A stretch of 64,000 nt of DNA from Acidimicrobiales bacterium (GTDB lineage: Bacteria; Actinomycetota; Acidimicrobiia; Acidimicrobiales; SZUA-35). The stretch covers positions 68,840 to 132,839 of the forward strand of contig JBHJNQ010000017.1 of the NCBI GenBank assembly GCA_050330635.1. The letters are read 5' to 3'. The position numbers and the translations under genes were made by a program. A model generated the notes under the pieces. That model saw nothing but the letters and a program-made list of their open reading frames with translations. It was not told the DNA's origin and ran no database searches. Shown here piece after piece: positions 9,707-17,965 of the stretch; positions within the stretch are counted from its first letter, which is position 1; each line of letters begins with the position of its first letter.

Positions 9707-10764
9707 GGGCGCAGCTCCTGTCGGGGCGATGGGGACGGAACAACCGCCTCGTCACCGGTCGGGTCGAGGCGGTAGAAGCGGGAGGCGGAGTCGTGGAACA
9801 GGTCGGCCTTCTCGGTCGGGGAGGCATCCTCCACCATCCGCTGGAAGGCGTTCCACAGCACCGTGTAGCTGCACGAGCGACGGTCGACGGGGAAGTTCGA
9901 CTCGAACATGCAGCGGTCGGTGCCGAATCGCTCGATGCACCAGGACACCACACCACCCCAGGCGTCGGCCAGGTCCTGGGACGACGGCGCCGTCGGGCGG
10001 TGGTGCCATCCCAGGCCGTAGAGCGCCATCCCGATCCCGCCCAGCTTCAGGTGCAGGTTCGGCAGCTCGGCCAGGCGGGCCATGGCGGGCCGCCACCGTT
10101 CGAGCACCTCGTCGCGCCGGCCGGCGTAGGGACCGACACCGAGCGGGCCGCCCAGGTGGTCGAGCACGATGGGTACGTCGGGATGGGCCGCCGCCAGCTC
10201 CGCCAGCTCGTCGAGCTGGGGATGATAGAGCCAGGCATCGAAGGAGAAGCCGAGGCGGCCGAGGGTGTCGAGCCCGAACCCGAACGCCGGATCGGTGAGG
10301 AGGTGCTGCGGTGGTCGGGTGTGGGCGTTGTGGACCTCGGGGCTGGCGTCCCACGAGGTGGCGTGACGGATGCCGCGGAACAGACCGCCCCCGGCCTCGG
10401 CGTGGGCCTCGAGCACGGCCGCCACCCCGGCGCCGAGGGTGAGGTCGGCGTAGGAGACGATGCCGTCGATGGTGGCGCCCTGGTCGGCCGAGCTCCGACC
10501 CTGCTCGGCGATGGCTCGCACGAACTCGGTTTCTCCCACCGGCCGCAGCTCCTCCGGCCCGTCCTCCCGGTAGGCCGACAGGCACTCGACGAACACGGTG
10601 CGCACCACGTGGTGCCCGGCCCCGGTGTCGGCCCGCAACTCTTCGAGCAGGTAGCGCTCGGACGGGTGGTCCCACAGGTGGTGGTGGGGGTCGCAGATCG
10701 GGATGTCGGGGTCGAGGGGCGATTCGTCGCATGTGGCCAGCCAGGCGCGGTGCTCGGGTTGCAT
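9703..10764 (-). CDS. amidohydrolase-2 family metal-dependent hydrolase
   Basis: Contains PICDPHHHLWD, the characteristic N-terminal metal-binding motif. 353 aa, ATG start. Confidence 0.8.
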   Translation of the reverse strand: MQPEHRAWLATCDESPLDPDIPICDPHHHLWDHPSERYLLEELRADTGAGHHVVRTVFVECLSAYREDGPEELRPVGETEFVRAIAEQGRSSADQGATIDGIVSYADLTLGAGVAAVLEAHAEAGGGLFRGIRHATSWDASPEVHNAHTRPPQHLLTDPAFGFGLDTLGRLGFSFDAWLYHPQLDELAELAAAHPDVPIVLDHLGGPLGVGPYAGRRDEVLERWRPAMARLAELPNLHLKLGGIGMALYGLGWHHRPTAPSSQDLADAWGGVVSWCIERFGTDRCMFESNFPVDRRSCSYTVLWNAFQRMVEDASPTEKADLFHDSASRFYRLDPTGDEAVVPSPSPRQELRP

Positions 10765-10828
10765 GCCCTTGGTCTAGGGGCCGGTGCCGCCGTCCTCAAG
10801 TCGACGGTGGATCGGGGTCCAGCTGTTG

Positions 10829-11010
10829 TATGATCTTGGGGCACCGGTTTCGAAACGGACTGGCTCTGTGCTGCGATCGACCCCTTTGGCGGAGAGACGA
10901 CGACGCAGACTGCTGCTGCGGCGTCTCTGGCGTGCCGATCGCCCAGGTGCGCGATCTGCTCTTCCCCCACGTCCCGTCCCACCTGTTCACCCCATCGTGG
11001 AGGTCCGGTA
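10829..11010 (+). promoter_or_regulatory. putative promoter plus long structured 5' leader of the P-loop gene
   Basis: - TATGAT at 10829-10834.
- Perfect 10-bp palindrome GTTTCGAAAC at 10847-10856.
- Imperfect 16-bp-stem hairpin at 10893-10928 (AGAGACGACGACGCAG / ACTG / CTGCTGCGGCGTCTCT).
- A C-rich tract, then GGAGG at 10999-11003, 7 nt before the ATG. Confidence 0.35.
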
Positions 11011-12048
11011 ATGAAGCCGATTCCGCGCGGCTACATTCTTCCCAGCGCCGCTTTTTCCATTCAGAGTTCCCAGGTCGTCTCCTTTTCCGCCTCCGACGAT
11101 CGACCCCAGGCCGGCGACGTCATGTATGGGCGCATCGCCAGCCTCGGCGCCCACCGCGAGCTCGAGAACAAGAACGGTCGGATACACCGGCTGACCGACA
11201 GCACGGCCAGCATCTTCGTCTACGGCAACCGCTACGCCACCGATGCCTTCGAGGCGCTCATCCCCGACGAGCCGATGACCTTCGTCGATCTCGTGGCCCG
11301 GTCCGGCGTCATCGGAAGGGTCGAGGTCCGCAACAGCCGTATCGCAGCGCCGACGACCGTCAAGCTCCTGGGTCGGGTGCTCGATCGCGACGGGCGTCCG
11401 GTGAACACGCTCGACAACCCGTTGGTGGTCCCGCAGACCACGGAGAAGAAGCTCCCCCGCTCCAAGCTGATCCTCGTGTGCGGTACCTCGATGAACGCCG
11501 GCAAGTCGACGGCGGCCGTCGCCATCTGCTGGGCCCTGACCTCGATGGGCCATTCGGTCCGGGCGTCAAAGGTGACGGGCACGGCGTCCCTCAAGGACAT
11601 CCTGCACATGAACGACGCCGGGGCCGCCATCTACAACGACTTCACCTATCTCGGCTACCCGTCGACCTACATGCTCCCCGAAGACGACGTGCTCCGGATC
11701 TTCAATGACCTCGACCTCAAGTTCGCCAACAATCCGCGCAATTTCTGGGTGGTCGAGATCGCCGACGGCCTGCTCCAGCGGGAGACGGCGATGCTCCTGT
11801 CGAGCCCGGACGTCCGATCACGGATCGACCGTCTCGTGTTCTGCGCCACCGATACGTTCGGCGCCATCGGCGGTCTCCATGTACTCGAGGAGAAGTTCGG
11901 CCTCTACCCCGACGCCATCTCGGGCATCGTTGCCAGCTCACCGCTCGCCATCCGGGAGCTCAGCGACTACACGAAGGTCGCGGCCTTCGACTCCGCCGAA
12001 CCCGACCTCAAGACGCTGTCGGAGGTGCTCTTGGGGCAGATGCTCTGA
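11011..12048 (+). CDS. P-loop NTPase-like protein, distantly DUF1611/BioD-like, with an unassigned ~150-aa N-terminal domain
   Basis: 345 aa, ATG start with a good RBS. The Walker-A-like LVCGTSMNAGKSTAAVAI is followed by KVTGTAS and VVEIADGLLQRE, which parallel the DUF1611 pattern GTDCAVGK / ATGQTG / EGQGAL as I recall it. GC3 is host-like. Confidence 0.7.
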   Translation: MKPIPRGYILPSAAFSIQSSQVVSFSASDDRPQAGDVMYGRIASLGAHRELENKNGRIHRLTDSTASIFVYGNRYATDAFEALIPDEPMTFVDLVARSGVIGRVEVRNSRIAAPTTVKLLGRVLDRDGRPVNTLDNPLVVPQTTEKKLPRSKLILVCGTSMNAGKSTAAVAICWALTSMGHSVRASKVTGTASLKDILHMNDAGAAIYNDFTYLGYPSTYMLPEDDVLRIFNDLDLKFANNPRNFWVVEIADGLLQRETAMLLSSPDVRSRIDRLVFCATDTFGAIGGLHVLEEKFGLYPDAISGIVASSPLAIRELSDYTKVAAFDSAEPDLKTLSEVLLGQML

Positions 12049-12050
12049 GC

Positions 12051-12080
12051 GCCCCGCCCCGCCCCGCCCCGCCCCGTCCC
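12051..12080. repeat. (GCCCC)5 pentanucleotide tract plus a degenerate sixth unit. On the minus strand it reads (GGGGC)5.
   Basis: Read directly: gccccgccccgccccgccccgccccgtccc. It begins 3 nt after the stop of the P-loop gene, between convergent genes. Confidence 0.9.
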
Positions 12081-12134
12081 GCCGGAGCCCGCGAGCTCGA
12101 ATCGGCGGCCGGACCGTAGGCGTTCCCGAGCCCC

Positions 12135-12596
12135 TCAGTGCGAGGCGCCGATGTCGACCTGATAGGCCTCGTAGACGAGGTCGGCGCCCCGCTGGCGGTG
12201 GAGGGCCAGATGACCGAGGAACTCGAGCGCCTGAGTGCGGATGTCGTTGCCCCGCTCGGTCACGTCCTCGTCGTCGAGATCGTCGATGAGGATCCGTAGG
12301 GCGTGGACCTCCTTCTCGAGCTCGTCGTGATCGGTGCGGAGCCGGCGGGCCCGCTTGGCCAGGCGGGGCACGTCGGCCAGCACCTCGGCCAGCACCCCGT
12401 CGGCGGCCTCGCTGGCCACGATGTGTTCCTCGACGCGGTTGACGGCGTGATCGACGGCCATCGACACCCGCAACCGCCAGCGGGCACCGTCGCCGATCGG
12501 TGTCGATAGGGCGTCCTCCAATCCCACCAACGCCTGGTACAGCGCTTCGCGGCGCATGCGGGCCGCCTCGATACGGGTGTGCTCGGCCTCCGGCAT
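12135..12596 (-). CDS. hypothetical helical protein (possibly hemerythrin-like four-helix bundle)
   Basis: Internal ATG at 12596 of track ORF 12135..12788. 153 aa with spaced His/Glu/Asp segments (VDHAVNRVEEH, DHDELEKEVH, GHLALHRQRGAD). The product call is weak. Confidence 0.5.
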   Translation of the reverse strand: MPEAEHTRIEAARMRREALYQALVGLEDALSTPIGDGARWRLRVSMAVDHAVNRVEEHIVASEAADGVLAEVLADVPRLAKRARRLRTDHDELEKEVHALRILIDDLDDEDVTERGNDIRTQALEFLGHLALHRQRGADLVYEAYQVDIGASH

Positions 12597-12705
12597 GACG
12601 TCTGCCTCCCCTTCGCTCTCTGTTCGTGGTCTGACTGCCCGGCGCCGCTGCCTGCTGGTCGACCCGGTCTCTCCCCCCGGACCGACCGATTGAACCGCAA
12701 TCTTA

Positions 12706-14166
12706 CTAGAGGCTGTCAAGGGGGGTCGGGGTCCGGGAGGGGTCGCGGGCCGCCATGGCCGCCACCAGACCCGCCACCGCCACCACACCGCCGAAGACGA
12801 ACGTGGCCACGAACTGGGAGGACGTCGCGTCGTCGCCGAGGAAGACGTTCATCGTCTGGATGCCGCTCACGATGCCGATGAACATGATCTGCTGGCTCAT
12901 GCCGTTGGCGATGCCCATGTCACCGCTGTCGACGGCCCCCACCACCATCGAGGCGACGGCCGGCTGCGACACCCCGGCCGATGCGCCGCTGAGCATAAGG
13001 CCCACCACGATGACGACGACACCAGCCGTGCCGGTGAACGCCGAGCCGGCGGCGAACGCCGCCATCGAGGCCACCATGGCGGCCGCCCCCACCACCAGGG
13101 GGAGACGCTCCCCCATGGACGTCGCCAGGTAGCCGCCCAGCGGCGAGGCGAGGCTGAACACGCCGGGGCGGGCCGCCAGCAACAGGGCGATGGCGCCGAT
13201 GCCGTAGCCGTAGAGGTTGCCGAGCAGGGCGGGGGTGACGACGAAGCCGCCCATGTAGGCGAACTGGCCGAGTGAGCTCGAGACCATCGGAAGGGTGAAG
13301 TTGCGGCGTCGGAAGTAGCGGAGCTGCAGCATGGGGGCGGTGCTGCGCCGCTCGACGACCACGAAGGCGGCGATCCCGGCGGCGGACAGCGCCACGAGGA
13401 CCAGGGCTGCGGGGTCGGTGGCGGCCGTCTCTCCGCCACCGTCGCGGAGCAACTGGCTCACGCGGGTCAGGGCCAGGAGCCCGGTGAGCACGGCACCGCC
13501 GAGCGTGGCCGCTCCCACATAGTCGATGGGCACGTCGCCGAGCGTGGGCGTCGGGCGGATGAGGCGGGCGCCGACGGCGAGGGCCAGCATCGAGATGACG
13601 GCGAACGCCACGAAGATCCACCGCCACCCGACCACGTCGATCAGCGGTCCACCGATGACGAGGCCGATGGTCGGTGCGCCGGTCATGGCGAACTGGTACC
13701 AGCCCATGGCGGTGGCTCGCCGCTGGGGCCCATAGGCGTGCATCATCAGCGACATCCCGTTGGGCATGACGAAGGCGCCGGTGATTCCGAACAGGACGCG
13801 GAACGTGATCATCGACGCCGCATCCCAGGCCAACGCAGAGGCCACGGTGAACACGACACCGCCGGTGAGGCCGATGAGGAACATGCGTCGGTGGCCACGG
13901 ACGTCGCCCAGTTTCCCCGCCACGGGGGTGAGGACGGCCATGGCCAGCATCAGCCCGGTGATCATCCACGTCAGCGTGGCCCGGCTCGAGCCGAGGTCGC
14001 CGGCGATCTCGTCGAGCGACACCGTCACGATCGTCATCAACGACCCGAAGGCCATCACCGCCAACATCACCACCCCGAGGAGGCGCCGCTGGTAGGCCTG
14101 GTCGGGCTGGTGAGGATGGCTACCCGTCCCGGTGGCGGCCCCGTCGGTATCGTCGATGGTGGTCAC
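12706..14166 (-). CDS. MFS transporter, DHA2 (14-TMS, EmrB/QacA-like) drug:H+ antiporter family
   Basis: 486 aa and strongly hydrophobic, with about 14 predicted spans. Motif A-like GKLGDVRGHRRMF. GTG start. Confidence 0.85.
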   Translation of the reverse strand: MTTIDDTDGAATGTGSHPHQPDQAYQRRLLGVVMLAVMAFGSLMTIVTVSLDEIAGDLGSSRATLTWMITGLMLAMAVLTPVAGKLGDVRGHRRMFLIGLTGGVVFTVASALAWDAASMITFRVLFGITGAFVMPNGMSLMMHAYGPQRRATAMGWYQFAMTGAPTIGLVIGGPLIDVVGWRWIFVAFAVISMLALAVGARLIRPTPTLGDVPIDYVGAATLGGAVLTGLLALTRVSQLLRDGGGETAATDPAALVLVALSAAGIAAFVVVERRSTAPMLQLRYFRRRNFTLPMVSSSLGQFAYMGGFVVTPALLGNLYGYGIGAIALLLAARPGVFSLASPLGGYLATSMGERLPLVVGAAAMVASMAAFAAGSAFTGTAGVVVIVVGLMLSGASAGVSQPAVASMVVGAVDSGDMGIANGMSQQIMFIGIVSGIQTMNVFLGDDATSSQFVATFVFGGVVAVAGLVAAMAARDPSRTPTPLDSL

Positions 14167-14273
14167 GAACTACGATGGTAGATACTTCCAGGGTCTAAGT
14201 AAGAACCCTCCCGACGATTTCCCCGATAGGGCCCGGGCGAAGCGCACCGACCGGGCGGTAGAACGGACAGACA

Positions 14274-15455
14274 GTGGATACATCGGCCGAGGCGCCGGCG
14301 AACGAACGGGCGACCGCACCGACGGCGGCGGTGTCGCCCGGTGCCGTGCTGGCCTTCGTGATCCTGTGTTGGGGCCTGGGTCCGCCGGTGTCCAAGCTGA
14401 TCACCGCGCCGGCCGTGATCTCGGTCTTCTACCGATTCTGGATCTCCGTGCCCCTGCTGTGGCTCGTGGGGGCGGTGCTCGGGTCCCGGCTCCGGTGGTC
14501 CACCATGCGGCGTACCGCCCTGGCCGGCGCCGCCTTCGGCATCAACCTGGTGTTCGTCTTCCTCGCCATCAACGCCACCGCCGTCGCCGTGCTCAGCGTG
14601 ATCAGCGCCCTCCAGCCCGGGTTCGTGCTCCTGGTCGCCGGCCCGCTCCTCGGCGAGCGGCCCCGCCCGTGGCACGTGGCCTGGACCCTCGTGGGCATCG
14701 GGGGAACGGCCCTGGTCGTACTCGGAGCAGGGGCCGAGGTCGAAACCAGCTGGCTCGGTGTCCTCTACGCCGTGATCTCGATGATCACCTTCACCGCCTA
14801 CTTCATCCTGACCAAACGGGCCCGCAGCGAGATCACCGACGTCGACCCGGTCGAATGGATGACCGGCATCAGCCTGTTCGCCGCCCTCACGGTCACCCCG
14901 TGGGCGCTGTTGTCGAGCTCGGCCGACGACTTCCGGGCCATCGACGGCACCGACTGGCTGTGGCTGGCCTTCATCGTGCTCGTCACCGGCATCGTGGGCC
15001 ACGTCCTCATGGCGTGGACCCATCGCTACATCGATGCGTCCCGCTCGTCGCTCTACATCCTGTCGATGAACGTGGTGGCGATGGGGGCGGCGTGGCCGAT
15101 CCACGACGAGCCACTCACCCCGGTGCAGCTCCTCGGCGGACTGGTCGTCTTCGCCGCCGTGGCCGCCGTGATCAGCCGGCCGACCAGGCCGGTCGCACCG
15201 CCCGTCCCGGGGCCGGACCGCACCTACGACGGGCTGACCCTGACCTGCTCGACCGAGCGGGGCAGCCGGCTGACGAACACCGAGCCCACGAGGGCCAGCA
15301 CCGCCACGCCCCCGAAGACCACGTCGAAGCCGAGGCGCGAGTCGCCGATCGTGCCAGCGATGAACGGTCCCAGGGCGAGGGCCGTGCCGTACACGAGGGT
15401 CAGTGCGCCGAGGGCGTTGGAGAACGAGCGGTCGCGCAGATGGTCGCTGAGGTAG
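14274..15455 (+). CDS. EamA/DMT family transporter with an ~85-aa non-membrane tail
   Basis: Ten hydrophobic segments in two EamA-like halves end near residue 305 (VISRPTRP). The frame stays open until 15455, running antisense into the next gene. Confidence 0.7.
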   Translation: MDTSAEAPANERATAPTAAVSPGAVLAFVILCWGLGPPVSKLITAPAVISVFYRFWISVPLLWLVGAVLGSRLRWSTMRRTALAGAAFGINLVFVFLAINATAVAVLSVISALQPGFVLLVAGPLLGERPRPWHVAWTLVGIGGTALVVLGAGAEVETSWLGVLYAVISMITFTAYFILTKRARSEITDVDPVEWMTGISLFAALTVTPWALLSSSADDFRAIDGTDWLWLAFIVLVTGIVGHVLMAWTHRYIDASRSSLYILSMNVVAMGAAWPIHDEPLTPVQLLGGLVVFAAVAAVISRPTRPVAPPVPGPDRTYDGLTLTCSTERGSRLTNTEPTRASTATPPKTTSKPRRESPIVPAMNGPRARAVPYTRVSAPRALENERSRRWSLR

Positions 15456-16396
15456 GCGGCGATGAGCACGGGAAACGTGAACGACGCGGCGCCGAAGATC
15501 ACGGCCGAGATCGTGGCGAACGGTTCCCGACCCGTCAACACCAGCAGCGACGCCACCGCCAGGGAGGCCATGGTCCCGAGCAGGACGGGCCGGCGACCGA
15601 CCCGATCCGAGATGCGTCCGAGGTTCACCGCCCCCACCACCGCCGCCAGGCCGAAGAGCGAGTAGAGGGTGGCCACATGGCTCCGGCTGAAGCCCTCCTC
15701 CTCCAGGGCCGCTCCGAGGAACGGCGTGTAGCCGGAGATGACGATGCCGAACAGCCAGTAGCCGGCGGTGAGCGGCGCCCAGGCCGGCACCGACCGCAGG
15801 CGACTCATGCTGACGCCGCCGGTGATGGTCTCGGTGGGCGGGGTCCGCAGCAGGGCGATGGTGGCGACGAGGAGCGCGAAGCTGAAGGCGGCCGCCCCCA
15901 CCCAGATGGGCCGCCACAGGGCGTCGTCGTCGCCGACCGCCCGCACCAGGTTGGTGCCCTGGCTGGCGGCCACGATCCCGACGCCCATCGTCGACGAGAT
16001 GACCCCCATGACGGTGCCCCGCCGGCTCGGACCAACGGCGGCGGTGGCCAGCACCGGCGTCGACATCCAGATCCCGGCGCTGCCGGCCCCGGCCAGCGCC
16101 AGACCGATCGCCAGCTGGCCGAACCCCCCGGCCCGGGCCAGCACGACGAACCCCAGTCCGGCGGCGACGAGACCCCCCAGCAGGAGGCGCACCGGTTCGG
16201 CCCGACCGCTGATCGTGGTGACCACGGCCACGCCCACCAGGTAGGCGGCGAAGTTGACGGTCGAGAGGAGACCGGACTGCTGGTGACTGCCGAGGAGCTC
16301 GTCCTCGATGGCGGGGAGGAGGATGGGGTACGTGGATCGGGCCAGGGCATGGGATACGACGGCACTCAGGGCCAGGAGGGCTACGGTGCGCTTCAC
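15224..16396 (-). CDS. MFS transporter
   Basis: About 12 hydrophobic spans. The likely GTG start at 16396 lies 11 nt downstream of the D-aminoacylase stop. The track start at 16489 would overlap that gene. Confidence 0.75.
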   Translation of the reverse strand: MKRTVALLALSAVVSHALARSTYPILLPAIEDELLGSHQQSGLLSTVNFAAYLVGVAVVTTISGRAEPVRLLLGGLVAAGLGFVVLARAGGFGQLAIGLALAGAGSAGIWMSTPVLATAAVGPSRRGTVMGVISSTMGVGIVAASQGTNLVRAVGDDDALWRPIWVGAAAFSFALLVATIALLRTPPTETITGGVSMSRLRSVPAWAPLTAGYWLFGIVISGYTPFLGAALEEEGFSRSHVATLYSLFGLAAVVGAVNLGRISDRVGRRPVLLGTMASLAVASLLVLTGREPFATISAVIFGAASFTFPVLIAAYLSDHLRDRSFSNALGALTLVYGTALALGPFIAGTIGDSRLGFDVVFGGVAVLALVGSVFVSRLPRSVEQVRVSPS

Positions 16397-16406
16397 CGAC
16401 GGCCGT

Positions 16407-17879
16407 TCACGCCCCGGCGGTGCGGTAGCGGAGCATCCGGCCCGCCCCCACGCCGGTGTGGTTGCCGGCCTCCAGGGCGATCCGGCCATTGACGACGACC
16501 AGGTCGATACCGGACGCTTCCTGCTGGGGGTCGTCGTAGGTGGCGGTGTCGGCGATGATGTCGGGGTCGAACAGGACGAGGTCGGCCAGCTGGCCCTCCC
16601 CCACCCGGCCCCGGTCGGTGAGCCCGAACCGGTCGGCCGACAGGCTGGTCATGCGCCGCACGGCCTCGTCGAGCCCGAGGATCCCGAGGTCGCGGACGTA
16701 GTGGCCGAGGACCCGGGGGAACGTCCCGAACAGGCGCGGGTGGGGTCGACCCCGCAGGTCGGGGATGCCGTCGGATCCCACCATCATCAGCGGGTGACGG
16801 AGGTTCGACTCGATGTCGCCCTCGTCGATGATGAACTGGATGCAGATGGTGCGGTCGCCGCCCGGGGCGGTCAGGACCTGGCGGATGACGTCGGCGGCCG
16901 TCACCCCCTGCTCTGCGGCCAGGTCGACGGCCATCCGTCCCTCGTAGTGGCGGAAGGCCGGACAGGCGGCGAAGCGGATGACCTCGGCCAGCTCCGGGTC
17001 GATGGCCGAGAGGTTGAAGTACTGGGCCATCGGCCCGCTCCCTGCGGTGTAGGGGTAGACGTCGAGGGTGACGTCGGCCCCGCTGGCGTTGGCCTGATCG
17101 ACGAGCGACAGGGAGTCGACCACCCGGCCCCAGTTGGCCCGGCCCGCCGCCTTGTGGTGGGAGATCTGGACGGGTAGCTCCGCCCGCCGCCCGATGTCGA
17201 TCGCTTCGGCCACGGCGTCGAGCAGGTGGTTGCCCTCGTTGCGGATGTGGCTGGTGTAGATCCCGCCCGCCTCGGCCGAGCGGCGGGCCAGCTCGACCAC
17301 CTCGTCGGTCTGGGAATACCGGCCCGGCTCGTAGATCAGACCGGTGGAGAAGCCGCAGGCCCCCGCCTCCATCGAGCGGGCCACGTGATCGGCCATGACC
17401 GCCAGCTCGGCCGCCGTCGGCTCCCGGCGCTCATTGCCCATGACCAGGTGCCGGATCGTGTTGTGGCCGACGAGGGCCATGGCGTTCACCGCGGGGCGGG
17501 CGGCCTTCACCGCCGCCACGTAACCGGCGTGATCGGCCCAGGTCGGCGTCAGCCCGATCAGACCGGTGTGATCGTCGACGCCCGGTTCGGCCGGGGCGGC
17601 GCTGAACCCGCAGTTGCCGACGACCACGCTGGTGCAACCCTGGGACAGCTTGAACGCCATCCCGGGGTGACGGAGCAGGGCCCCGTCGTCGTGGGAGTGG
17701 ACGTCGACGAAGCCGGGAGCCAGGCAGTTGCCGCCACCGTCGATGTCGCGGACGGCGGGCCCGACCGTGTCGCCGACGGCGGTGATGCGATCGCCGGTCA
17801 CCGCCACCTCGCCCTGGCGGGCGGGGGCACCGGTGCCGTCGAGGATGGTGACGTTGCGAAAGGCGAGATCAGCGGACAC
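16407..17879 (-). CDS. N-acyl-D-amino-acid deacylase (D-aminoacylase) family amidohydrolase
   Basis: Contains FRNVTILDGTGAP, GFVDVHSHDD and the C-terminal ADLVLFDP, the typical D-aminoacylase layout. 490 aa. Confidence 0.85.
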   Translation of the reverse strand: MSADLAFRNVTILDGTGAPARQGEVAVTGDRITAVGDTVGPAVRDIDGGGNCLAPGFVDVHSHDDGALLRHPGMAFKLSQGCTSVVVGNCGFSAAPAEPGVDDHTGLIGLTPTWADHAGYVAAVKAARPAVNAMALVGHNTIRHLVMGNERREPTAAELAVMADHVARSMEAGACGFSTGLIYEPGRYSQTDEVVELARRSAEAGGIYTSHIRNEGNHLLDAVAEAIDIGRRAELPVQISHHKAAGRANWGRVVDSLSLVDQANASGADVTLDVYPYTAGSGPMAQYFNLSAIDPELAEVIRFAACPAFRHYEGRMAVDLAAEQGVTAADVIRQVLTAPGGDRTICIQFIIDEGDIESNLRHPLMMVGSDGIPDLRGRPHPRLFGTFPRVLGHYVRDLGILGLDEAVRRMTSLSADRFGLTDRGRVGEGQLADLVLFDPDIIADTATYDDPQQEASGIDLVVVNGRIALEAGNHTGVGAGRMLRYRTAGA

Positions 17880-17965
17880 GCCCGGAGCGTAGTCACCACC
17901 ATGGACGGCGACGAACCGCCGGACCCGGTCCGCCCCGTTGACAAGCCCGGATCCGACGCCCCAGG

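Noticed and set aside
10829-11010. The leader, considered as a member of a known riboswitch class (glycine, ZTP, TPP, cobalamin, guanidine, fluoride, c-di-GMP).
   Set aside because: Only a chance GGAGAG matches the glycine consensus. None of the conserved cores of these classes is present by eye. It needs a covariance-model search before any claim.
10784-11011. A 75-codon upstream ORF ending in TAATG on the P-loop gene start, which could be a coupled leader peptide.
   Set aside because: Only about 60 percent of third positions are G/C, against about 90 percent in real genes. The sequence is Arg-rich, and it spans the predicted promoter. I treat the region as non-coding leader.
11011-12048. 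Lower overall GC of the P-loop gene, considered as evidence of horizontal transfer.
   Set aside because: Third-position GC is as high as in neighbouring genes. The GC dip is explained by amino-acid composition. No flanking mobility genes or direct repeats are present.
14132-16492. A 786-aa plus-strand ORF, and the similar 584-aa minus-strand ORF 14163..15917.
   Set aside because: Both are Arg/Pro/Gly-rich shadow frames overlapping the EamA and MFS transporter genes, which have clear membrane profiles. They are typical GC-driven open frames.
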